A stretch of DNA of 64,000 nucleotides from assembly GCA_964234715.1 (NCBI GenBank), contig OZ174286.1; one strand, written 5' to 3'. The notes under the pieces are model-generated. The model was not told where the DNA came from. It made no database searches and worked only from the letters and a program-made list of their open reading frames with translations. The DNA comes from Podarcis melisellensis (taxonomy: Eukaryota). Position numbers and translations under genes: made by a program. Below, piece after piece: positions 47,827 to 61,451 of the stretch. The stretch's first letter is position 1. Every line of letters begins with the position of its first letter.

Positions 47827-49984
47827 AACAATGCTTACAAGGAGGCGGGTGTGTGTGTGTGGAGTCGCCACCATACCCTTTCATTAGTTGCTCTTTACAT
47901 CTCCCCTTACCCCTCCCCTCTTATGTTCCTCCAGGAATATATATATATATAGATATAATTCGTATTGTAATGGTTCTGACGACTTTCAAAGGCTTGATTA
48001 AAATATATACCTATTTATATATATCTATATATATTTGCAATTAACTGTGAATTTCTGGATCGGTAGGATAAATGGACATGGAAGGGAGTGGTGTACATAA
48101 CCAGGTCTCCAAAGTGTAGGCTAGGATGTGCTTCAGATGGTATCAAGATTCTTTTTTTTTAAAAAAAAAAAAAAACCCACACCAAACAAACTTTGAAGTG
48201 GAGCATCGGTGTTAATATGAAAGACTGGAAATTGGTGGACAAAAAAGGGGGAGCGGCGGTCGCTTGCTCAGAGGGAAACCTCCATATTCTAGGACGGCCA
48301 GAGATGTACAGGCGTCTTATTTATGTCTTTGCTGCTAACTCGGGATAGATTGGTGCCATTGTTCGTCTCCTTTTCACCTCAGACCTGAGCCTATTCATTC
48401 GGATTTTTTTAAAAAATACGAAACAAAAAAAATAAAAAGACTCCATGATTAAAGTTGCCACTATGGCGACTTTATGTCACCGAAATATTACAGTACATAT
48501 TAGGAAAAGCGTGTTTCCTTGTACAGTACATATGATTGAAATATATAGTTAGGATCCCACCCCACCAAAAAAAATAGGGAAAGGGGAAATTTCAATAATG
48601 AGATTAAACGTTTTTCTGTTGTTGTTGTTTTAAATACAGCCTTGAAGTGTTGATGAACCGCTATGGGTGTTTCAAAATGGCCACATATTTGCGTACTGTT
48701 TTGTTTTAATTAGCAAAAGCCTGCATTAAAAAAAAAAACCCACAAAGCTCAAAATACTGTAATTAAAAGCACAACACGTGAAGGGAGAAGTATCTCCAGG
48801 CAGGCAGAGATGGGTAGAGTTCGAATTAGAGGAATGTGTGTGTGTGTGTGTGTGTGTACACACACGTATATGCACGCTCATAAACACAACTTGACTATCG
48901 AGGGTAACTTTGATTTCTGAGTACTGTTGAAGTAGCAGGCAGAATACTGAATCGTGGCTGTTTCCCCCAAGACCCCCCATCACATTTGGTTAAATTTCTA
49001 AACAACGACAGTAAATTATGATGGTGATGGAAGCAAAGTCGAAATGTAGCTACTATTCTATGCTTTCATTGAGAATGTGTGGAAGAAGGATCCGGCGCAA
49101 GCACGGTTTGCTTTAAATAACAGTGACAGTGAAAATGTGTCTTTATATATGCGATTAAGTGTGTTTGGCGTCCTCTGTGTATATGTGGAAATGCAAAGGT
49201 CTTTTTCGATACTATGAAAAGTGTACTTTTTGGGAAATGACTCTGAATACTAATAAAAGTGAAATAGTGAAAACCTACCCCTCAAAAGATCACTACCATT
49301 ATATATATATATATATATATGTTGTTGTGAAATTGGGTGGGGGAGGCAGAGAATATGCCATGGTGTCATAAAATGATACTGGGGTTTGCTTGCTTTTAGA
49401 TCCAGGCTGTTAAAAAGAGGCTTAGAGAACAGCTCAGCTGTAGGAAATTTTGAAATCGGCACTGATCTTTAAAAATACACAGCGATCGATCCCCCGCCAC
49501 CCCTTTTATCCTGGTTTTTCAAGCGCCTGAGAAAAAAGGACACCATAGTAATTGTTGCTAGAATGTTGGGGTTTATTGCTTTCCTCTAATTGGCTTCAAT
49601 AATCATTAGTCTTTTCCCTTCCTCCTGCAAAAGAAATCTCAATATATATATGGCTCTCTCTATTTATATAGCTTTTCTTTGTAAAGAATCTCTAGCAGAA
49701 TGGGGGATGTTAGAAAATAATAAAGGAATGTGCAAGATTAAAAGGAATCTTACTGAAAAGGAAAGATTGAATATATTATTTCTCCCCTATGCTTCTGAAT
49801 TCTTGCTGGTTTTCTGATCTGGACCCGATAGCCCTTAAAAATTGGTCCATACTAATGGAACTGTGTGAGAGATGCCATAATTTTGCTATAATGGGCTGTA
49901 ACCTCGATTCGACCCCAGACTTGCGAGTAAGCCCCTGGCTGGGGCGGGGGGGGGGTGTTGTTGCGGAGGTGAAGATCCCGCTTT

Positions 49985-50003
49985 CCTCCAGAGGGTGGCG
50001 CAC
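49985..50003 (+). promoter_or_regulatory. CTCF motif between HOXA6 and HOXA5 (5|6 boundary candidate)
   Basis: CCTCCAGAGGGTGGCGCAC about 390 bp upstream of the HOXA5 ATG. Confidence 0.65.
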
Positions 50004-50086
50004 GAGGCCGACTGACAGTCGCGAGCTGGCGGCCGGGTGCGCGCGCCGGCGCGCGCGCCCCAGCCCTTCCAGCATCCACCCAAACT

Positions 50087-50258
50087 NNNNNNNNNNNNNN
50101 NNNNNNNNNNNNNNNNNNNNNNNNNNNNNNNNNNNNNNNNNNNNNNNNNNNNNNNNNNNNNNNNNNNNNNNNNNNNNNNNNNNNNNNNNNNNNNNNNNNN
50201 NNNNNNNNNNNNNNNNNNNNNNNNNNNNNNNNNNNNNNNNNNNNNNNNNNNNNNNNNN
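50087..50258. other. 172-nt N run over the HOXA5 core promoter
   Basis: Direct reading. Confidence 0.99.
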
Positions 50259-50382
50259 ATAGACGCACCAAAAAACGAAGCAAAGAGCCACAAATCAAGC
50301 CCCCCGATCAAAAAAAAAAAGCAACAAAAAAATCCCAACCAACAACAACAACCAAAAAAATCATCATCAACAAAAAAAACAA

Positions 50383-51070
50383 ATGAGCTCTTATTTTGTA
50401 AACTCATTTTGCGGTCGCTATCCAAATGGCCCGGACTACCCGTTACATAATTATGGAGATCCCAGTGCCGTGAGCGAGCAATTCAGGGACTCCGCCAGCA
50501 TGCATTCCGGCAGGTACGGCGGCGGCGGCGGCGGAGGCGGCGGAGGCTACGGCTACAATGGCATGGACCTCAGCGTCGGCCGCTCGGCTTCCAGCCACTT
50601 TGGGGCAGGCGGCCCCTCGGAGAGGGCTCGCAGCAGCTACCCCGCCAGCGCTGCCCCCGAGGCCAGGTACGCCAGCCGGGCGGCGGCCACGGGGGCCACG
50701 GGGGCCACTCACTCGCCTCCGCCTGACCCTCTGCCCTGCGCCGCTGCCGTGGCGGCCACCTCGCCTGTCAGCGGCGATGCTCATCACGGCGGCAGCGTGA
50801 AAAACTCCACGGCCAACTCGAGCAGCACTTCGTCCACTTCCAGCAGCGGCGCCAGCAGCAGCAGCACGAGCGCCAGCAGCAGCGCCAGCAGCACGGGCAA
50901 CAACCCCCACCACCTAGGCAGAGAAGGGCTCAGCACGTCGCCAGGCACCGAGGAGGACGCCCCGGCCAGCAGCGAGCAGGCGAATCCCCAGCAGAACGAC
51001 CAAAGCACAGCTCCACAGCCGCCCCAGCCCCAGATCTACCCCTGGATGAGAAAACTGCACATAAGCCATG
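50383..51070 (+). CDS. HOXA5: Homeobox A5, exon 1
   Basis: [19 protein letters not shown]; [15 protein letters not shown]; donor CATG|GTAAAA. Confidence 0.97.
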
Positions 51071-51554
51071 GTAAAAAGCATGCCCGGATTGCAATATCTA
51101 TGTATGAGAGAGGGGTGGGGAGGGGGGGGAGTGTGTGTCGAGGGAGAGAGAAGGTAGATCGTTTGCAAAATAGAAAACGTGGTGGGCAAGAAATGTGCTT
51201 TCTCTTGCTCTCTGTGTTCCTCTGCCTGCTTGTCTGATCGTCTGGTCTATGCGGAGGAAACCCCCCCCTCCAAAAAAAAAACCCCGGTCCCTCCTGGAAA
51301 AGGCAAGTGGGACTTTGGAAATCGGGGTAGGGTGAGCCAAGCTCTCTTTAATAACTCTTCTAAGTCTCCCGGACTGTGAGGTGTAATTGAAATTTGGGGG
51401 GAGGGGAGAGAAAGAGAGAGGGAAAGCGTGTGTGTGTGTGTGAGAGAGAGAGGGATCTTGAATAGTGCGTGTCAGTCCTTGTAATTTATGACGAGGACCG
51501 TCCAGTGAAAAACACCGTTACTAATTATATCAAAAAAGAAGTTGAGTAAATAAT

Positions 51555-51563
51555 GTGTGTGGT

Positions 51564-51632
<69 letters not shown>
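51555..51632. repeat. Compound (GT)n(GA)n microsatellite in HOXA5 intron
   Basis: Direct reading. Confidence 0.95.
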
Positions 51633-51635
<3 letters not shown>

Positions 51636-52140
51636 GTGGGGAAAAATATTTTTTTCTGGGAGGGAAGGAAGTCGAGGGAAAACTTAAGAGAGGAGGTTGG
51701 AGGGGGGCAATTGGGGGGGGTTAGTCCTGCAGTCCAGAGTGCACTTGGAAATTCTTCCCAGTGACTCCCAGATAAAGTGCGTTCAGATCAGGAGTGGGAC
51801 CAGAACTTCAGAGGGCGCTTGGTTTGGGTGTTTATGTTTGTGTAAAACTCACTCTAGTAACAACTTCCCCACGACCCTAAGCATACTGTCAGGAGGAAGC
51901 AAGTTCTCATGAAGCCAAATGGTTTTGTTTTCTTTTACTTGCGAGTAGTAATACGTTAAGGATCGGGGTGCAGAAGGGAGCTGCCATCCTGTCCTCCCCA
52001 GATTAAATAAAATTCCTCAGAAGAGGCAAAGGGGAGGCCACTCAAATTCAGAGCCCGGGATATTATTTGAGAGAAGGGGAGAAGAGATAGATGCGGGTGG
52101 AGAGAGAGAGAGAGAGAGAGGAGTAAGAGCTACTTGTTGA

Positions 52141-52542
<402 letters not shown>

Positions 52543-53641
52543 GAGGAAAACCCCCCGGCCCTGAAGCTGCTGCTGCTGCTCCTTCTCCTTCTTCCTTCCC
52601 CGGAAGAAAACAAAACAAAAAAACCCGAGTAACTGAGCAGTATTATAATTGAGCTGACCCTGCGTGGAATGTCAGTAGCCTCTTCCCGCTCTCGCTCTCC
52701 TTCTGCCCCTCGTTCTGTAGACCACATTGACTTGCTCCAACTTCTCTGGGAGGCTGAAGATTCCCTCGCCCATCATTTCATCCTGAGCCTGTTTTAATTG
52801 AGCCCCCACCCCGCCCCCGCCCGCGTCTCTCTCTTCCTCTCTCTCTCTCTAGCGCGTGTTACGAGTAGATCTGCTTCCCGTGCATTTTATGTCTTGAATG
52901 GCTTTTGTCTTGAAGGGGGGGGGGGGCAATGTAGATGTTTTAACTTATTTATATGAAGCGAGTGGTGTTACTTGAAGTAACTGTAAAGTGGGAGGGGGGA
53001 ACCGAGGGGGGGGGGAAAGACACCCTAGACAAACACAAAAGTAAAGGAGGGCGATTTGGTCCCTCGTTCGCTTCCCCCTCAAGTCCTTCCCTTCTGGCTC
53101 CCCTACAAGTCCTGTTTGACTCCCAATGTTCTCTCTCTGTGTGTGTTGCACTCGCTGTGCTTTGCTGTGCATGTGTGTTCAAAACGTGTCAGTGTCTGTA
53201 TAGCTCCAAGCTGTGGCCGAGATTTCCGATCAGAAACGACCTATCTTATTTCCCTGTGTCCATTAATGGCTGTTGTAGAGGTGAATATGACGAAATACAA
53301 AAACGGAACGTGTCCTAACGTGTAGTGAATAGTGAATCTGTGACGAAAACTGTGATTCCAGACAGTATGTCCTTTGCCTGTGCCTTTGTATATGACTCTC
53401 TTTGCACGAAGTCTTAGAAGTGGCTTTTTTATTAAGCGCAGCTTCAGTAACGTATTTCCCACCCCCTCTTCTCTCTTATAGCTTCCCTCCTTTCTTTTGG
53501 TGAACAAAGTTACACATAGAGTCAAAGTCTGGCTGTTTGAGCAAATAATAATAATAATAATAATAGCAGCAACAACAACAACAATAATGTGATCGGCTTT
53601 TGAAAAGAAACTGTTTTTTTTTAATAACTGACTGGAAAAAA

Positions 53642-53647
53642 AATAAA
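53642..53647 (+). terminator. Probable HOXA5 polyadenylation signal
   Basis: AATAAA followed by a pyrimidine/T-rich tract. Confidence 0.6.
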
Positions 53648-54408
53648 CTTTCTATTGTAAGGGTTTTCCCCTTTTCTTTCTTCCCCATCGAACCCCCGGT
53701 TTTTGTTTTTACTTCTGCGGGTAGTTTGGTTTCTACCCCAACGGAGATGTCCTTAGCTTCATCACTCTAACTAGAGCAAAGTTGGAGAAAGACCTAACCC
53801 AAATTCAAAGTAGATGCAGACACGATTGCCCCAGATCCCTTGGAATTGTAAAGTTACTCTTTGGATGGAGGGCTCACAATAACAGACCCTCAGCCAACTC
53901 CTTGTCTTGGAAAGTGGGGTGGGAGGGAGAAGGAATGCCCCAAACTTCTGCTCTTTCTTGGCTGGGGAGGAAAAAAAGACGAAGAAGACGACTGTCCTTT
54001 CTTCAACAACATTATCATCTCCAGAACCTGCTTTATTCTGTCTCCATCGGTTCATCCTCATAAGTTAAAGAAAGCTAGACCTGCCAGAAAGGTCTTGCAT
54101 CTGTGAGCACCAGTCCAACATGGGGGGGAAAAAGTATTTAAATAAACCAGATACACCCACCTTCTTATTCTGCACTCTTAAAAAAAGGTATTGGGGAAGG
54201 GTTTTGTGGCTGTTGTTGCGCGGGTGGGGATAAATTCCACCCTTCGACATAACAGTTATTTATTTATTTATTTATTTTCGCTACAGCTACTCTTTTTTTG
54301 CTAGGAAATGTAACGTTACTTACCCTCACCAGGGCTTGAATGGTTAACTCTCCCGAGCTTCTAAGCGCAACTAAAGCTTTGCACATTTACAGACGGCTTT
54401 ACATTGAT

Positions 54409-54548
54409 NNNNNNNNNNNNNNNNNNNNNNNNNNNNNNNNNNNNNNNNNNNNNNNNNNNNNNNNNNNNNNNNNNNNNNNNNNNNNNNNNNNNNNNNNNNN
54501 NNNNNNNNNNNNNNNNNNNNNNNNNNNNNNNNNNNNNNNNNNNNNNNN
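54409..54548. other. 140-nt N run abutting the conserved element 3' of HOXA5
   Basis: Direct reading. Confidence 0.99.
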
Positions 54549-54779
54549 GCTATAAAAAGTCACGTGGTGCCATTAAAGTAAGTTTTATGGTTTTGGGGAG
54601 TTGTCATCCAACATTATATACCACATAACATATAATCACACTGACGATGGACTTCATTTGACTCTTTTGCAGGCTACGTGCGCCTCCTGGCCATTCAAAT
54701 TGTCAGGTTTAGGTACAGAAGTATCCATTCCCCCAAGTTCTCAAATACTCTCTGAAAAAATGGCTCATTGCAAGTTAAG
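54549..54779 (+). promoter_or_regulatory. Conserved element 3' of HOXA5 with candidate non-coding exon (54673-54779)
   Basis: TATAAAA at 54551, CACGTG at 54561-54566, CATTAA and TTTTATGG sites; acceptor cttttgcag| at 54672; donor AAG|GTAAGT at 54779/54780. Confidence 0.55.
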
Positions 54780-57216
54780 GTAAGTTTCGTGCACAAGTTG
54801 CTTAAGTTTATTTGTACAGTGAAGAGCTCGCCTGTCGTTGCCTGGCTCCTTCTTAACGCTGCCCCGTTGATTCGGACGGGAAGAAATAATATTTGAAAGG
54901 CGCAGGTTACAGTGGGTGGGGGGCGTTGTCCCTCCTCCCCATTTTTATCTAACCTCTCCTTTTTAAAATTTTATCCGTCAAATCCAGGCAAACCACAATA
55001 AGCGACTTTGGCAGAGATGGATTTTGAGGCCTAACTTTAATTACTTTGACTACGGCAAATGATAATGACTTCCTTTGCTTCAGGAACTTTTCCCTGCCCA
55101 GTGATTTTGTTTATTGAGGGGGCAGAGAGTCCGCAGGCGATTTTTTTTTCAAAAATATATATTTTAATGAAAGGAACATAGATGTGGCTATATCTGTAGA
55201 CTGGGCCTCCCTGTCTTTGCGGGGCGGGATGTGTGTGGAATTGACGCAGTCGTAGGTTTTCCAAGATAAGTTTTCCAACTTATCGTCTCTAAAAGACAAG
55301 GAAGATGCGCTCCAAGTCTGACTTTTTACGTGGTTAAGGTTCTTTGAGACTTATCTCTCCTTCATAAATACCCTCACCTACCTACATCTCTCTCGGTGTC
55401 CCTCTCTGTGTGTACATAGAGTGTATATATACTCAATTTACATCCTTACCGTAGATTCCCCACAACCCCAGTGTCTTCATTTCCCACTGGTTCCTTTATC
55501 CCTTCCCATGAAGGAACAAATTGACTGTAACTTTTACAGGAGATTCTACGTGCCATTGGAGTGCTTGGAATTATGAAGGACAATACGCATAGGTTTATAG
55601 GCGATAGTAAATAACCCCATTTATATAGATATCCGTATATATATATATATCTACATACACACATTACTGGCTGAGAATTGCAGGGTAGGCCCCAGCTGCC
55701 TGTTTATTTCAACATTCTTTTTTCTATTTAAGTAGACTCTTCTCACTAGAGTGTGATTACTCAGCAATAAACTTTATGACCGGATTCAACTTTAAGTCTT
55801 TGAATTTCCAGGGTTGAAAGAGAGCGTGAAAGAGCATCCCTTTTTCCACTGCCCTTCTTCTTTTTGTTTTGTTTTGTTATTTCCTTTTCTTTCTTCTCAG
55901 CTTCTTTGTACTGCCAGAGCCAAATCCTGGAAATCTTTGCTCACACGAGCAGCTTTTAAGTCTTATCAGTTGTATCTTTGGAGCGCCTTGTAGCTAAAAG
56001 CCATGCAGGTGACTAAGATAGGACCCTACTCTTTTTGAAAAAGAAAGTAAGAGGGGCCCGTACAAATGGGCTCATACGTTGAGGTGACCCCACGTGAGGT
56101 TTGAAACGATCTCACCCCAATTCCTGCCTTTTAAAAAACAGCAACAGATTGTTATCAGCGTGTGGGGTTCTAGAATATGCTTTTCCACTCTTATATCGCT
56201 CTGGACATCAGAGGAAAAGACAGTGTTGTCAGAAGATATAATAGCGTAATATAACATAAGCCTGCCCTGTCCTAGTGGCTGTTTGGAAAGAGATATTCTG
56301 ATGAAGGATATTTTTTCTTGTGTATAGGTGGGTAATATTAGAAGGTTGAGAAACTTGCAGCAGTAAGTGAATATATATCTTAACACTTCAAATATGTTTT
56401 ATACATTTCCCTGGATACGCTAGCAATGCTGGGTGGAGAGGAGCAGTTTTTAATTATACATTTAGTCCAAGCCTATGTGGCAGAATTAATCACACAGAAC
56501 CGAATGCTAATACTAGCTGGCATTTTTCATGGCGATTTACTTTCCTACACCTTAAATAGTTAGCAATGCGTATACACGTGTCTGAAAACATGACTAGACT
56601 TTTTTTTCAGTAGAAAAAATAAGGATTTAAATATAATGCATATCTGCTAAAGAGAAACAGATGGCTGAATTACAAATCCATAATCCAGTTAAGGGAAGGA
56701 CCTGATTTTACACTTAAAAAAATAATAATTCAACGGGACTATTGTTGGACTCCTATAGTATTTACTGGGAAATTCGAGTCCAGGCTTTCAAGGGGATATT
56801 TCCTCAAGTAAAATATCACTGAAATCCAGGTGCTAATCTACTTCAATTTACATGAACTGAACTTTAGCCTCTGTTTCCTAGTGAAAAACAAGGTCCAGTT
56901 TAAGCTCATTCGGGGCTGGATGTGATCTCATCGTCTTGGATGAGACCATCTGAAGGTTGTGGTCATTCTGCTCCATACCTAGGCAGAAGAAAATCGTACT
57001 GAAGTCTGTTGGATTTACTTCAAAAGAGTTCAGGAATGGAGTAGGGAAATCCTGATGCCCTCTGATTTTGTAACTGGGGGGGGGGGGGAACAATTCATTG
57101 AGCTGAACGCTTAGTTAACTCTTACCGTGGCTACCTAGCGATCCAGCCTTCTGATTGCTAATTGACTGAATGGATACTAGCCAGTGAAACACATACAGCT
57201 TTGTGAACAATGTCAT

Positions 57217-57292
57217 TTAGGCTGCAATCCTATACTCACTTCCCTGGGAGTGAATCCCATTGAACTCAACGAGACTTTCTTCTGAGTAGGCA
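57217..57292. mobile_element. Hairpin MITE copy with intact left end
   Basis: TTA-GGCTGCAATCCTATACTCACTTCCCTGGGAGTGAATCCCATTGAACTCAACGAGACTTTCTTCTGAGTAG. Confidence 0.7.
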
Positions 57293-60200
57293 AAATTCCC
57301 CACGCACAAAAAACGAAACAAAAAAAGCCAACCCCTAAACACAAGATGAATTCATTGAACATGCGAATAACTATGGGAATTGTCACTATTTAAAAATATT
57401 TCTAGTTTTCTGTCATGCCACCTTGAAACACTTTACCGAATAACCTAGGCAAAACACATCCACACGAAACTCCGGAATGTAAAGCCCATTTTAAAATAAT
57501 ATTGTATGTGTATTTAGTGCAAGTATATCTGATGGTGATGACTGTCGTATCACTGTTACTTTCTTTCTCTGACAACTGTATGGTTTATTTTACTTAAATT
57601 ACCGCGAGCAATTCTGAACCTTAGAAGTACTTCGCTGGGCCAGATGTAAGCACCAGCGCCATTAAAGGTTAGACAAGGGTGTGTGTATACTGTATAGCAA
57701 GGGCGTCGGAAGACTTCACTTTCTTTAAAGCGTAAGATGGCTTTTCTAAGTCACATGATTCGATTGGTTTGCGCGTGCCCCTCACTACAAAGCACCATGG
57801 GAAAATTATTAGTGGCGTTATCTTAACGAATTAATTTCCTTGTCTTCAAAAGGGTGAAATTGCAAGTGTTTTCTACCTTATCTGTCCAGCTTTCAGCATT
57901 ACATTCTAATATTGAGAACATAAGCACTTGGATTGCATCTTTCCTGTAGTCCCTATCTTTCTTCCCCTCTTTCATCTGATTTTCTGATCTGTATAATTCG
58001 GCCTCCGGGAGTTTTTTGTTCTTTCTATCCACTCTGATCACATAACCTCTATTTTTCGCAGGCTTTGTTTTCACGATTCTCCAAAATCCTAGTAGTTTCC
58101 CTGGCGGGTAGCGTTTCTCCGAAACAGCTCCTCCACAATCCCAGGGCTGTATGGTTTGCATATTGGACGCAAACAATGCACTGTGATCTCAGAGAGAAAG
58201 ACACCATGTTTTCCAAAGGGCGTCTCATTCCTGGGAGCCTGTCGCCTTCTTTTCCTTCTCCACATAACCCTCTGAAATGGGCTTTTCAATAATAATATTT
58301 GTTATGAAGGTTATTGGGTAATTATTGCAGTTTTTGTGAAACAGTCCTTGCTCGAGGTGAAGTCTGTCTCTGGATAATAAATGGCAGCCCTCGCAGTTCA
58401 TTGCCAGGTTAAGTAAATGCAGAAACTAAGATAAATCTGCACACTCCAGAACTCGCCAGCAGAGCTCGCTTTAGACCAAGTTCACAGTCAACTTGCTCTC
58501 TCCGTGGGCAAGGCTTCTCGACTCCGTTGGATCAGGGTCTTTATTAAATAAATAAGATGGCACAATGGCCAGCCTGGATAAATTGCCCGGTCACTGCGCC
58601 CCACTTCGCATCCAGAATTTACACATCTACCAATGGAAAGCGCATCGCTCCTTTCAGTATAATCTAGTTAATCTCCCACGCTGGTGTCTGGGCATTGCGT
58701 TTGATTTTAGAATTCGGTTTCAGTGATGGAAGCCGTTGAGGCTGTTCTTTTTTAAAAAACCCCCCAAACAAACAGCCATGCAGAAACTGCATTCCCTTAA
58801 AATCTTAGCGAAAAGGGAAACAGTCAAGACTTGATGGCAACAAACAAGAGAGCTGGAGATTCTTTTAAGGAGATAGGAGCTGCTCCGCTTTTGTATATCT
58901 CTGTGGTTAGGGCGTAACAACTCTAGGTCGAAAGTTGAGGGTCAAAAGTTTACGTTGTGCGCCACTCTTAGTCATGCGCCCAGACAGAGTTTGATGTCAA
59001 TGTTATAGCCAAGATCTTGACTATCAACACAAAAGATAAAATAGCTTTGAGTTAGGCGTGTATCATAGTATGGACTCCAGGTGAACTCTAGTGGTTGAAT
59101 GACCTCAATTACCGAGGAAAGGATAGAAAATCCCTCTTTTCAAAGAGTAATGCACGTTGTATTTCATCTTGAATTATCAACCACATTTCCCCCATTGAAT
59201 ATCGTTGGCTGGCAGATGCATCAGGTGAATGCGGGCGCACATTCCTCCCCCCCCCAACTGCGCATACACGCACCACCACCAATGCATTTTAAAGGTTCGT
59301 GCGAGTCCTATCAGAGTCCATCGGAAATTTCCATGGGATTTTAATAGTTCTGAATCTCAGCGAAGTGGACTCTTGTTCACAGAAGCGTACGCCATAGTAC
59401 AATTGCCTGGCTTTTAAGTGCCACAATACTCTGTTGTTGTTTTTTTGTGTGTGTGTGTTGTTCGGCTTTGCTACAACAGACTAACACAGCTAGCCCTCTC
59501 AAAAAGGCTCAATGAGGTGCCAGTTGAGTTCTTAACTGCCCAGTGGGTACCAGAAGACTGCCCGCTGGGTGATAGCAATATTTGAGGAAACGAGTAGACT
59601 GAGATGACCATCTCACTGCCGCGGGAGCAGGAGTATAAAATACAAGCATGACAATACTGGAGAAGTCCAGATATGCTGTCTTTCTGAGTTAAGGAATGAC
59701 CCTATGCAAACTGCATCCCCCCCTCATCCTTTAGGGTTATACGTTTAATAAGAAATATATAGCTTCACCCTTTTGGTCGCCTTATTTAGCCACAATGAAG
59801 CTTTATTTTTCCCTTCTTTTTTTCAAAGCATGTTTGTATCTGAATAACTATTTATTTCAAATAGGGAAGTGGGGATTATTTATTTAGCTATGAGTAGGAT
59901 TGCTTCCTGAGATGGATTTTCCGTTTTCACTGTGTTGCCAGATGTTTTGCTTCTTTTGCGTATTTTTTTTTTAATCCGAGAAGGTGCGTTTTTCAGTCCT
60001 AAGAAATACAGAATATTTCCCACAGATCCAGTGAGTGGTTTATTACTAAGCAAATACATAGGAGAGATTGCTCCTTTCAGAGGTGTCGAAACAGAGATAA
60101 CGTACAGGAGAAAGTAAGCAAGTTATTATTAGAAGACTTTATCAATGCTTTGAAAATACACAAAGAGCTAGGGAACACCTCCCCGTTCGACAAGAAATAG

Positions 60201-61434
60201 TTTTAATTATAAGGCTAGGACATTGGGCTTCCAGGAAATATATTTGCAATGTATTTTGGTTTTTCATCAGCGACCTTCTCTTGAAAATTATCTTGCAACG
60301 TCCCCCGTCCCCCGGTGTCTCCTATATGTGTTTTTGCACTGAAATTACCATTGTAAGGTGGGGGGGGGGATGCTATTCACAACACACTGCTAAAAACACG
60401 CCTCTCCTATTTCGGTTTTGCCCTTGAAATACTGCATTGCCTATTTGGAAATTTAATTATAGGAAGCATGAACATTGCAAGGCGGAATGTTTGCCTAAAC
60501 GTCCCTTTTATATACAGAAGACCAGGGAGACTGTTTCGAAGACAACACTTCTTTGACTCCGCCTGTCCTGAAAAACTTGACTAAAAAAAAAAGAGAGGGA
60601 GGAAAAAAAAGAGAGAGAATAATATCTCTGTGGAAAGCAGCAAAGCGAAACCTGGCTTTCTTTCCCAAGGACTCCTAGTGCCAATTTATGTTGCTTCCAT
60701 TTAAGGTGGAATTTGGGGCGTGGGGGTGGGAGTAGGGACAAGTTTTTTCAAATACAGAATATTTCCAGAAGGGCTTCAAACTGCATCTGGAAGAAGTATT
60801 GCCTTCTCAAGTCGGTTTCTATTCATTCCTTCATTTTTTTCAAAGGTAAAAATAAAAACGACACAGTGGGCTTTTGTTGCTTTGATCGGAGTCATACCCA
60901 TATAGTCGGAGCGTCCTACCTCTAGCGCAGCACAGACACTGGTACTTGGTGCGTAACGTGACCTTTGAAAAGATTAGCCTTCTCAGCCTCAAATGTAGAT
61001 ACCAATCGCCCCATCTTCCCCTTCTTTAGAATTGTGCTTATTTACGACCAGCACCTCAAAGTCCAGTCGCCAAATACACACACACGTACACACACGAGTT
61101 AGATCCTTATAAATAAAATCACCAATATTTCGGAATGGTGGGGAAGGAGAACATCCCAACCTCTTGTCCCAAGAATGAACTCCATAGGAACTCCATCACA
61201 CCATCCAGTTCCCTGGGAGGAGCTTTTGCTGATTCAAAGGAAGTTTAGGATAAACGCAGCCGCTGCATTATCACAACGTTTACATGTTTTCTCGCACGGC
61301 CGCCTTAAGATTCCTTCCCCATTTGCGAATAAGTGACCTGCCCAGAGCCTCCCTCTGCCCCTTGCTATTTTTTTTTAAAGACGCTCTTAAAGACCTCGGA
61401 AGGGGAAGAAAAAAAACCCCAAAGTCCAAGGCCG

Positions 61435-61451
61435 AGGTGAACTTCAGGTCA
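61435..61451 (+). promoter_or_regulatory. DR5 retinoic acid response element upstream of HOXA4
   Basis: AGGTGA-acttc-AGGTCA, the known HOXA4 5' RARE sequence, in the expected position. Confidence 0.9.

Noticed and set aside
49776-50450. Long ORFs containing X runs (also 54340-54628)
   Set aside because: Artefacts of translating through N runs
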